Assembly (NCBI GenBank): GCA_905478365.1
Contig: CAJQIK010000038.1
Span: forward strand, 1 to 62,552
Direction of reading: 5' to 3'
DNA: 62,552 nucleotides
Source: an uncultured Burkholderiales Genera incertae sedis bacterium
Lineage (GTDB): Bacteria > Pseudomonadota > Gammaproteobacteria > Burkholderiales > Eutrophovitaceae
In this document: positions 19,987 through 28,639 of the stretch, piece after piece
How the letters are laid out: every line of letters begins with the position of its first letter
Position numbering within the stretch: position 1 is the first letter of the stretch
Notes under the pieces: generated by a model
The model's database searches: none
The model's input: the letters and a program-made list of their open reading frames with translations, nothing else
Told to the model about the DNA's origin: nothing
Translations under genes and position numbers: made by a program

Positions 19987-21399
19987 TTAAAATTGGGGAC
20001 GAGTTTTCCAAACCTCATTTAACTGTTCAAAAGCGTGTCCAAATTGCAACACACCAAAATCATCTCTGAAACGACCAATAATCTGCAATCCTACTGGTAA
20101 CCCTCCAGCGGAAAATCCAGCAGGAACCGAAAGTGCAGGGTGGCCGGTAACACTAATACGAAAACACGATTTCATCCACTCAAGGTAGTTTGATAGTGCG
20201 TTTCCATTAATTTCTTTGACGTAAGGAAGGTTAATGTCAAATGGTAAGACCTGCGTCACCGGGCAAATTATAAACTCATATGTGTCCATGAAGCGACTGA
20301 AACGCTCAAACAAACCGGTTCTGAGCCGCTCCGCTCGGGAGATGTCAGCTCCTTTAAGCGACTTACCCTGCTCAATATTCCAAACCACAGTATCTTTAAA
20401 TTGACTCGGGTGCTTCTCCAGTAAATCTCCCAAAGTAGACTCCATATGCCACGCCCTGAGAACGTGAAAAACCTCGTCTGCCTCTTCAAGATCAGGGTCA
20501 ACTTCTTCCACAATGCATCCAAGGTCCTCTAGGCCACGCACCGCACCTTCAATGACTCCCAAAACCTCATCGTCAACAGGTATACCACCGAGCGTTCGGC
20601 TCCATGCGATCCGGACCCCCTTAAAATCTCTAATCAGCCCCTGCTGAAAGATATTTGGGCTCTCCATAATTGACAAAGGACACCGCAGATCCGGACCTGC
20701 AATCGCAGATAACATCAAAGAGATATCAGCTACTGTTCTAGCCATTGGTCCTAACACGGATAGTGGGTACCAAGCTGACGCATTTGGCCACGTTGGAACG
20801 CGGCCTGTTGATGGTCTGAGACCAACAACATTACAAAAACTGGCTGGATTCCTAAGCGATCCACCATGGTCTGAACCGTCAGCGATTGGTATGAGTCCCG
20901 CCGCAAGCGCCGCTGCTGCCCCACCGCTTGATCCGCCACAAGTCTTGTCCAGATCGTATGGATTTCGAGTCGTACCAAAAACCGTATTAAACGTTTGGCT
21001 TCCTGCCCCAAATTCGGGAGTGTTCGTTTTACCTATGGTTACCGCCCCAGAGTCTTGTAATCGATCCACAATCAAAGCATTACGGTCTGGAACAAAATTC
21101 TCGAAAATAGGCGATCCAAATGTCGTCCTCATATCCTTCGTAACAGTTAAGTCTTTGTGGGCAACAGGTAATGCCTCGAGTATCCGCATTGGGGACTTTT
21201 GACTTATACGTTGATCGATACTTCTAGCCGTGCTTCGGGCTCGATCTTCATCCAAAGTAACAATCGCATTAATTTTTCCATTAATTTTTGTAATTTGATC
21301 TAAGTGACAATCGAGCAATTCGACAGCTGAAATTTCTCCTTTAGAAATCATTTCAAGCATTCTATGCGCCGGGAGAAAACAAACATCCAGATTAGTCAT
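19987..21399 (-). CDS. Amidase-signature (AS) family amidase
   Basis: 470 aa with the Gly/Ser-rich AS signature GGSSGGAAAALAAGLIPIADGSDHGGSLRNPASFCNVVGLRPS and a catalytic Lys context (PVAHKDL). No signal peptide. Confidence 0.85.
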   Translation of the reverse strand: MTNLDVCFLPAHRMLEMISKGEISAVELLDCHLDQITKINGKINAIVTLDEDRARSTARSIDQRISQKSPMRILEALPVAHKDLTVTKDMRTTFGSPIFENFVPDRNALIVDRLQDSGAVTIGKTNTPEFGAGSQTFNTVFGTTRNPYDLDKTCGGSSGGAAAALAAGLIPIADGSDHGGSLRNPASFCNVVGLRPSTGRVPTWPNASAWYPLSVLGPMARTVADISLMLSAIAGPDLRCPLSIMESPNIFQQGLIRDFKGVRIAWSRTLGGIPVDDEVLGVIEGAVRGLEDLGCIVEEVDPDLEEADEVFHVLRAWHMESTLGDLLEKHPSQFKDTVVWNIEQGKSLKGADISRAERLRTGLFERFSRFMDTYEFIICPVTQVLPFDINLPYVKEINGNALSNYLEWMKSCFRISVTGHPALSVPAGFSAGGLPVGLQIIGRFRDDFGVLQFGHAFEQLNEVWKTRPQF

Positions 21400-21424
21400 A
21401 TGTCCACATCAATTTCATCTAAAT

Positions 21425-22840
21425 TTATCGATCGAATCCTACAGGACTCATGATTTGAGAGGCTAACCCGTTTGACAGATTCTGTTCAAAAACTGGTTTA
21501 TTTCCCAAAAATTGTATGCCAAGACTTTTAAAGGTTGTTCTAAAATCTGGGAAATCTTCGGTCTCAATCTCTATCAACTTACGCCGCGTAAATAAATCAT
21601 CACCTAATAATACGTCAAGATCAGCTAACAAATCATTGCCGGAAATGCTTTGGTATTCATCATAGCAACACTCGTGATATTTCACTAAAATATCCAGTAG
21701 AGTCAATGCGCCTTCCGAACGCATCCTTAAGTCAACATCTCTTTGAAAAAAATACGCTGCTCCGCCCCAGTAGACATGAAGGTAAGTCCCCCGTCTTGTG
21801 AGACGCCTCATTGACTCTACTACCGTGAAGCCTCTGCCTAATTTCTCGCCGGATAAAAACCCCTTATAAAGCCGTGACCAAGACTCTTGGAAAGTTATAG
21901 CGCCACCCTTGACCATTGATAAATGTTGCAGATAAGTGGGCAATCCTTCAATAATCCAATAATCGCGCGAATCGATATGCGGAAACATAAAATGCGACAT
22001 CTCGTGAGGGAGACTAAAATCCCACAAAAGCTGCTCTAGGCTGGCATCACGCTTGACAAAAACATGGATAGCCGCGCCACCGCCTCTAGTAATGTAAGCC
22101 CATGGAACAATAGAGTTACCGCGATCGCTAGGGCTGATAACCACCTGCACCCGAGAGCGAGGGAAGAACCCCATGAGGGCTGAAACACCCTCTGCCGACT
22201 GCCTCACCCAACGACTCATATCTGCCACGGGCGTGCGCTCAAATTCACCCATAACACTGATCTCAAAAATACTGCCACTAACACTTATAGTATCTGGCTC
22301 TCGGCTGGAGAAAGTAACAATCGCCTCCCATTCGACAGGAGTGTTAAAGCCAACAAAACTCGTTTCGCCAATGCGCCTCCAAGGAGAAGACACATATGTC
22401 CCCTTGGGCATAGTAAAATTTATATCGAATTGGGCATACTCGGAGGTTGAACGCGGCCTTAATAACCAGTCCCCAATCGAGGTGAGCATATCTCTACCCT
22501 CAATCAGTCGTGTTTCAGCACCGCCTCGTTGCTCACCACGATTTCTCGGCTGAAGCAAAACATCGTAAAAAATACAACGAGCGGATTCTTCAGCAGGAAT
22601 ATTTATCCGATCTACCTCGATATCAAGCACCCTCCCTGTATTCGATCTAATATTATTCACAAAGGTACTCGAGCCATCATTTGCAAATAAGATCGGTGGA
22701 AGCGCATGGTCAAAACATACCGAAATCTTCAGAGCTTTAAGGGAGTCTCCAACGGATACTTCATAATGGATAGCTGATTTATTTGGTTCGGCAAATACGA
22801 CTAACGGAAGAGCAAAGACTAAATAGAAAATTAATTTCAT
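21425..22840 (-). CDS. Secreted HExxH metallopeptidase-like protein (gluzincin, M61/M1-like), paralog B
   Basis: 471 aa with signal peptide MKLIFYLVFALPLVVFA. HEMSH is followed 14 residues later by E in WIIEGLPTYLQ. It shares conserved blocks with the upstream paralog (VPxAYxTRGGG, VYWxGAA, CC, DFPDxxxxFxSLG). Confidence 0.6.
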   Translation of the reverse strand: MKLIFYLVFALPLVVFAEPNKSAIHYEVSVGDSLKALKISVCFDHALPPILFANDGSSTFVNNIRSNTGRVLDIEVDRINIPAEESARCIFYDVLLQPRNRGEQRGGAETRLIEGRDMLTSIGDWLLRPRSTSEYAQFDINFTMPKGTYVSSPWRRIGETSFVGFNTPVEWEAIVTFSSREPDTISVSGSIFEISVMGEFERTPVADMSRWVRQSAEGVSALMGFFPRSRVQVVISPSDRGNSIVPWAYITRGGGAAIHVFVKRDASLEQLLWDFSLPHEMSHFMFPHIDSRDYWIIEGLPTYLQHLSMVKGGAITFQESWSRLYKGFLSGEKLGRGFTVVESMRRLTRRGTYLHVYWGGAAYFFQRDVDLRMRSEGALTLLDILVKYHECCYDEYQSISGNDLLADLDVLLGDDLFTRRKLIEIETEDFPDFRTTFKSLGIQFLGNKPVFEQNLSNGLASQIMSPVGFDR

Positions 22841-22978
22841 TGTTTTATGAACTGAGTTCCCATATTCGAAGACCGAAAACGAAAGTTACCATATCAACGA
22901 TTTTTAGCTGTCTAGGCGAGTTGTGAGAATGATCAATTAAATAGTACGTTGCGGGTGATTATTTTGTAAGTATGAGGC

Positions 22979-24409
22979 TCACTCTGCAACAGACATAATC
23001 TGATTGCGTAGAGAACGTTGTTCAGTGCCGTCTATTAGCGTCACCACGCTACCGGTTACCTTTAGGCCCAAAGACCTAAACGCATCCGTTAAGTCAGGGA
23101 AATCGTTCGAGTTTACATATCGCCTCATCAAGGGGATAAACAGGGGGCTTCCGTAAATTTCATCGAACTTAAGCAGAACCTCTTGGGCGCTCCAAGCTCT
23201 CGTTCTCTCCATACAACAAGCGTTGAATTCGCGAACAACGCGGTCAAGCGACCAAGCCTTATCCTGCCTCATATGCACGTCAGCAATTAGCATCAACGCT
23301 GCACCTGCCCAATAGACTTGCATAAACGGCTCACCCTCATACATTTTCTCGGTAGCCTCTAGTAGAGTTAATTCTCTCGCCTCAGCCTCGCGACTACCTC
23401 GACGGAAGCCATATATGAGTTTAGACCAAGCGTCCATTTGATCAATGGCCCCCATACGAGCACGAACAACATATTGATAATAGCTCGCAAAGCCCTCATA
23501 AAACCAGGCATCTTCTGGATTAATGAATGGAAGAAACAAATGGGACAATTCGTGGGTTGCAGTCCAGTCATCGAAAAATTCGTCCATTGATCTGCGCTGG
23601 TTGATCATCATGTGCAGTGTAGGGCCACCCCCGCGCGTTACGTAAGCAACAGGGACTGGCTGTCTTGCTCGCGCATTTGGGAACATCAAAACCTGCACAT
23701 TAGAAAATGGAATTGGGCCAATGCCCTTATCGACACCCGCCGCTTCTGATTCGATCCAATTCAACAATGCGTCCATATCAGGCTCTGGCGAACCATGCAA
23801 AATCGAAACGTCGATTTGAGTAGCACCAACAGTCACCTCCTTTTTAAAAAATTGTCCTAACACAATCCACGATGGCCAATCGTAAGGAGTTTTAGGTACT
23901 TCAAAAGTATGCTTGTTTGGAGTGCTAGACCAAGAAGTCGCGACGTCATACTTATCTGGCAGATCAAATTCGACTAGGACTCGACGATTTTTTCCAAATA
24001 CCTCTGGACGCCAAAACCAAAGACCATTGGATACTCCGGTTGCTCCTGCTGACCTGTAAACCTTCGGCCCAGTCATGTCGTGCCTCTGTATTCCCCTGGA
24101 AATATCCACTTGGTAATTTAAGCACGCGTTAGCAAGTACTTGATCGATCGGAATAACCCCTGATAGTTTGATTTCCTCTCCGGACTCGTACCACGCGCCT
24201 ACTAAAGCAACGGACGCATCTAGGGATTCCGCCACCAATTCTTTAGGCGCGGCGCCCTCAAAACATAAATTCACGTATAGCTTCTTTAGGTCTGCATCGG
24301 TGGAAACCTGATAATGGTAATTGGCATTCGGTTGAGACCATGCAAACGCACAACCACAAATAACGATTACCTTCAAGAGACTGCGATTTCTCAGAATTTT
24401 GTAAAACAC
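22979..24409 (-). CDS. Secreted HExxH metallopeptidase-like protein (gluzincin, M61/M1-like), paralog A
   Basis: 476 aa with an N-terminal hydrophobic signal (LLKVIVICGCAFAW). HELSH is followed 14 residues later by E in WFYEGFASYYQ. It is collinear with paralog B over its full length. Confidence 0.6.
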   Translation of the reverse strand: MFYKILRNRSLLKVIVICGCAFAWSQPNANYHYQVSTDADLKKLYVNLCFEGAAPKELVAESLDASVALVGAWYESGEEIKLSGVIPIDQVLANACLNYQVDISRGIQRHDMTGPKVYRSAGATGVSNGLWFWRPEVFGKNRRVLVEFDLPDKYDVATSWSSTPNKHTFEVPKTPYDWPSWIVLGQFFKKEVTVGATQIDVSILHGSPEPDMDALLNWIESEAAGVDKGIGPIPFSNVQVLMFPNARARQPVPVAYVTRGGGPTLHMMINQRRSMDEFFDDWTATHELSHLFLPFINPEDAWFYEGFASYYQYVVRARMGAIDQMDAWSKLIYGFRRGSREAEARELTLLEATEKMYEGEPFMQVYWAGAALMLIADVHMRQDKAWSLDRVVREFNACCMERTRAWSAQEVLLKFDEIYGSPLFIPLMRRYVNSNDFPDLTDAFRSLGLKVTGSVVTLIDGTEQRSLRNQIMSVAE

Positions 24410-24561
24410 CTACACTCCAAATTGAGTACGCCTCGGACAAACGAACAAAGCAATGGGAGAAATCTGAATCCGAAAAGTTCCTACTCATACCCAGCGGTAC
24501 CAATACGTGTATGAAGAACTAACCCCAACTAACTGGGAATACGCTCCTTGAAGAGTTAGCG

Positions 24562-25707
24562 TTAAATTCCTTTGTTTGGCTTAATCAAATATTTCGCTCC
24601 GGTCGACTTTTTAACGTAAGCGTTAATGACATCTATCTGTAACGCCTCGGCCAATGAAACTTCGTGCGAATAATTACTTGCGAAAATCGTTTTTAGCTCA
24701 CCTGCAACACGCTGACGCAACTTATCTTCGGCCGCCGGACCAATCTTCGCCAAGAAATTAAACAAGAGCCAGCCACCCATACCCCAAGAAAAGCCGAAAT
24801 TACGCGCAATCTCAGTCCTAGACGGATCCAGCATGCCGTAAATATAAACCTGCTTGTGTGTTGTGGACCCGTATCGACTATATTCCCTCGGGTTGCGGTT
24901 TAGCGCCGCCTCCATACAAGTTAATATCTGCCCTGCCAACTTACCTCCTCCGATGGGGTCGAACGCCACAGTCGCATTGGTAGCCGCCAACGCGTCGGTC
25001 AATTCGGCCAAAAAATCCGGAGATTCAGTATTACAAACAAATTTCGCTCCCTGGGATTTCAACAAATCGACCTGCTCCTGTTTTCGCACGATATTTACTA
25101 AAGCGATACCATCATTGATACAAATTCGGTTAAGCATTAAACCTAAATTCGATGCGGCAGCTGCATGCACAAGTGCCTTATGTCCTTCGCTACGCATCGT
25201 CTCAACCATGCCGAGGGCAGTAATTGGATTAACAAAGCAACTCGCACCTTCTTCCGTCGTTGCGTCATCGGGAAGTAATAGACATTGATCGACACCGATA
25301 CAACGATATTGAGCGTACATTGCGCCACCTAGCATCGCGACTTTTTTACCCAGTAAACTTTGAGCAGCAGCTGAGCTACCGGTTTTGACCACTACTCCCG
25401 CCCCCTCGTTACCCACCGGCATGGATTGGCCTAATCGTCCAGCCATGGCCTTCATTGCCTTTGCTGGTACTGGAGCAGTAATGACGGGTCGTTCGGCTTC
25501 GCCAGACATAACGGCAGCAGCCATGTCAGCAGCACCAAAAAGAAGGCCTAAATCAGACGGATTAATCGGTGCCGCTTCGACACGAACAAGTACCTCATTC
25601 GCGGTGGGTTCAAGCAACTCTACCTCAGCTAATGATATTTCTAACTCACCCTCGTTACGAATTAACGATTGTAATTGCAAGGCGGTAGCCGGAATTGAGA
25701 TGGTCAT
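24562..25707 (-). CDS. Medium-chain dehydrogenase/reductase (quinone oxidoreductase-like) family protein
   Basis: 381 aa with a GroES-like N-terminal region (EVLVRVEAAPINPSD) followed by a Rossmann region (ALVHAAAASNLGLML). I see no obvious structural-zinc Cys cluster. Confidence 0.7.
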   Translation of the reverse strand: MTISIPATALQLQSLIRNEGELEISLAEVELLEPTANEVLVRVEAAPINPSDLGLLFGAADMAAAVMSGEAERPVITAPVPAKAMKAMAGRLGQSMPVGNEGAGVVVKTGSSAAAQSLLGKKVAMLGGAMYAQYRCIGVDQCLLLPDDATTEEGASCFVNPITALGMVETMRSEGHKALVHAAAASNLGLMLNRICINDGIALVNIVRKQEQVDLLKSQGAKFVCNTESPDFLAELTDALAATNATVAFDPIGGGKLAGQILTCMEAALNRNPREYSRYGSTTHKQVYIYGMLDPSRTEIARNFGFSWGMGGWLLFNFLAKIGPAAEDKLRQRVAGELKTIFASNYSHEVSLAEALQIDVINAYVKKSTGAKYLIKPNKGI

Positions 25708-25785
25708 ATTACTCCTTAAGAATTTAGTTCTTATGTTAATTAGTAGCCAGAAAATAGCTCAAAAAATAAACGAATAAAAAGTCTA

Positions 25786-27159
25786 TCACGTCCGCCAGGC
25801 CTGAAATCGCAGACCTAGTGCAACACACACGCCATAAAAAACCATAGCTCCTGCCACTAACCATAAGATCGCATCCGGCGTCGCAAACCAGTCGAACGTC
25901 ATCCACCATAAACCACTGGCAACGATTAACGCTCGTAACAAGGAGCCGATAACCGGCCATAGCAACGTGTTGAGTCCTTGGCTAGCAAAATAGAGGCCGA
26001 GTCCCGCCGCAAAAAACCCATAAAAAGGGCCTAAAATTTCAAGAGTGCTTCCGCAGTGTGCCGCAACTTGATCTCCACCCGACAGGTTGCACCACCAGCT
26101 CGGATTTAATCCTAAAGCAAGGCCTATCGTACCGACGATAATGACATTAGCAATTGTGCCTCGCCAAGCAACCTCAATTGCTCGTGCGCGTTGCCCAGCT
26201 CCTACATACGCCCCCACAATCGCGATTAACGCGCTGCCAATGCCAAAAATCACAGGCACCATTACTAGCTCCAAGCGGACAGCTAGACCATAACCGGCAA
26301 GCCAATCGATACTGAATCTTCCGATTAAACCCGTAGCGATGAGTGAATAAACTATCGTGGCGGTTGATTGAGTGCCCGCAAGTAAACCAGACCTCAATAA
26401 AGCGGTGACAACAGACCAGTCAACCCAAAAACCCCTAAATCGAACTGGCTGTCCGGGTAACAAAATTAGATTGAAAACAGTCACGATACCTATCCCATAA
26501 CTTGCCAAAAGGATGTAAGCCGCGATTGTCATTATCTCAGTCGTACTGTTAACCGCGCCCTGTTCCGGAATCAACCAAAATCCCAAGGCCGAGTAGACGA
26601 TTACAACTGAGCCCATAGCCAATGCCGAGCGAGTCATAGCACCAGCCCCACGTAATACCGAACACATCATGTTGAAAAGCCACACTAACGGTATTCCAAA
26701 AAAAATAATTCTCGCATACGCATTAGCCGCAGCAAGGACATCATCACGAGCACCTACCCAATAAAAAAATGTAGGGCCAAAAATACTAACTAATGCGCCC
26801 ATCACTGCACCACCGAACAGGGCGATAAAAACAGCACTCCGCAAAATCGAGCCCGCCCTCACCAAGTCCCTGGAGCCTAAGGCGCGGGCCACTGCGCCGC
26901 TAGTCGCCCCGCCAATAGCGCCAGCGGAGAGCATATGCGCCAACATAACGAGCGGAAAAACAGTTGCTACCGCTGCGAGTGCCGTTGTGCCCGCTCGATT
27001 CAACAAGAAAATTTCTACTACGATCAACAACATTTGAATCAGTGAACCAATGATTCCTGGCACAGCCAATCGAAACATTGTCGGCAACAGGGGCGCTCCT
27101 ACTAACGGGGAACCTGTTGCTGTCTCAGAACTATCGTCCCTCGCCACCTTAGCCCTCAC
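25786..27159 (-). CDS. MATE-family efflux transporter
   Basis: 457 aa, about 12 TM helices, Ala/Gly/Ile-rich, with two similar 6-TM halves typical of MATE/NorM-like pumps. Confidence 0.75.
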   Translation of the reverse strand: MRAKVARDDSSETATGSPLVGAPLLPTMFRLAVPGIIGSLIQMLLIVVEIFLLNRAGTTALAAVATVFPLVMLAHMLSAGAIGGATSGAVARALGSRDLVRAGSILRSAVFIALFGGAVMGALVSIFGPTFFYWVGARDDVLAAANAYARIIFFGIPLVWLFNMMCSVLRGAGAMTRSALAMGSVVIVYSALGFWLIPEQGAVNSTTEIMTIAAYILLASYGIGIVTVFNLILLPGQPVRFRGFWVDWSVVTALLRSGLLAGTQSTATIVYSLIATGLIGRFSIDWLAGYGLAVRLELVMVPVIFGIGSALIAIVGAYVGAGQRARAIEVAWRGTIANVIIVGTIGLALGLNPSWWCNLSGGDQVAAHCGSTLEILGPFYGFFAAGLGLYFASQGLNTLLWPVIGSLLRALIVASGLWWMTFDWFATPDAILWLVAGAMVFYGVCVALGLRFQAWRT

Positions 27160-27230
27160 TGAGCTAAATTAATTTGGATAAATGGGGCTGCATACTGTCC
27201 CGTTCAAACGCTAGGCATGAATGCGTGGCG

Positions 27231-28454
27231 CTACGATTTATTTGCTGGATTGTATGGATACAAGCTTTGCGCTGCATCCAGTCGGCCAAGCTGTGCTCCA
27301 CCCAGCCATAATTGAATAATCTTACTGTCTCTGAGATATTTCTCGATTGGAGCCTGAGTGCTGTAACCATAAGAACCCATGAGCTCCATGGCTTTAGCAC
27401 AGACCATCTCGGTAACATCGCAGGCGTAAACCTTTGCCGCGCTTGCTTTGCCCAGCAAATAGTCTTCGTTAACGCCGCCATAAACCTTTCGATTATCAAA
27501 CATTTTAGCAACGCTCATGTAGTACGCTCGAGCGCTTTCAATGCCGATAGCCATATCAGCAATCATAGCTCCCTGAAGCGAATGGTTACGCACCGGCTTT
27601 CCTCCGTATGCGCGCGTTCCAGTATATTCGATAACCTCTTCCAGAACGGCTTGAGCACATCCTAAGCTCATTGGCGCGCTTGTTAGCCTACCCCAGGAAA
27701 TATTGCCTCTGAAAAGTTGCCAGTCAACTCCGGGGCCACCGGCTCGATTTTCAACTGGTACTCGCACTTCATCAAAGTAGATCGCCGCATTGACATCAGT
27801 CACACGCATACCCATCTTCGGTTCCGGCTTTCCAAAACTGAGTCCAGGTGTGTCTTTAGGAACATAGATCAACGCTAAACTATCTTCATCATTGTCCTCT
27901 TCCGTCGTACATACGACGCAGTACAGGTCAGCTACACCGGCGGCGCTAGGCCACATCTTCTCTCCCTTAATGACCCACTCGTCTCCGTCTCGACGCGCTC
28001 GAGTACGAATAGTTCTAGCTCTTTCGGCGCCATCTTCCACATTACAACCACCTGCTGGTTCCGTGATCGCCATGCAACCTACACGCGGGGTGTCAGATGC
28101 GAACATAGGAATAAATTTATCCATTAAGTATTCATTACGCGCACCCATTGCGGCCGCAAGTGACCATGGCGTGAGCAAGCAATGCAGGGACAAACCAGCA
28201 TCTCCTCTCGAAATTTCTTCCGTGATAGCACATACCGTAGTTGCAGCTCGGATACCTAGCCCTCCGTACCTTTCCGCAAAGCCGCGGCGCTGAATACCAA
28301 GATTAACCAAACCTTGGTTAATTTTTTCGAATACCGAATAGTCTTCATCTAATGCATTACGAGCAGGCATGACTTCGTTATCAACATACTTGCGAACCGT
28401 GTCCACAAACATTAAATCTTCTTCCGCTGTTAAAAACTCCCCGTATTGTTTCAT
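27231..28454 (-). CDS. Acyl-CoA dehydrogenase-family flavoprotein (non-canonical catalytic positions)
   Basis: 407 aa with the ACAD N/M/C domain pattern (AITEPAGGCNVED, GEKMWPSAAG, YLRDSKIIQLW). The canonical YEGT reads WLGG (see findings). Confidence 0.8.
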   Translation of the reverse strand: MKQYGEFLTAEEDLMFVDTVRKYVDNEVMPARNALDEDYSVFEKINQGLVNLGIQRRGFAERYGGLGIRAATTVCAITEEISRGDAGLSLHCLLTPWSLAAAMGARNEYLMDKFIPMFASDTPRVGCMAITEPAGGCNVEDGAERARTIRTRARRDGDEWVIKGEKMWPSAAGVADLYCVVCTTEEDNDEDSLALIYVPKDTPGLSFGKPEPKMGMRVTDVNAAIYFDEVRVPVENRAGGPGVDWQLFRGNISWGRLTSAPMSLGCAQAVLEEVIEYTGTRAYGGKPVRNHSLQGAMIADMAIGIESARAYYMSVAKMFDNRKVYGGVNEDYLLGKASAAKVYACDVTEMVCAKAMELMGSYGYSTQAPIEKYLRDSKIIQLWLGGAQLGRLDAAQSLYPYNPANKS

Positions 28455-28639
28455 ATTGCCCTTTTCATAAACTTTATTGATGTTAATCCCAATTGACTTG
28501 TCTAGTTAACCCAACACTAGCATAGGTCGCAACGAATAAATTACTACCAAATGTGAGTTACCAGTTAATCGCGCTATTATTGTGAATTAGTTAATTATAT
28601 TTTGTTAACAAGTTCTCATAAAAATTACGGAATTTACAC

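Noticed and set aside
19977-20018. ORF-track ATG start at 20018 for the 278-aa protein, which overlaps the amidase gene
   Set aside because: The downstream GTG after a canonical AAGGAG gives a proper signal peptide and removes the 32-nt overlap. I kept the shorter model.
24854-25777. 144-aa and 130-aa plus-strand ORFs
   Set aside because: Both are antisense to the MDR oxidoreductase gene. Their Ala/Ser/Pro-rich translations are typical of the reverse frame of a GC-richer gene.
27164-27511. 115-aa minus-strand ORF overlapping the 3' end of the ACAD gene
   Set aside because: It overlaps a strongly supported CDS in another frame and has no motif. The 71-bp ACAD-MATE spacer does not need an extra gene.
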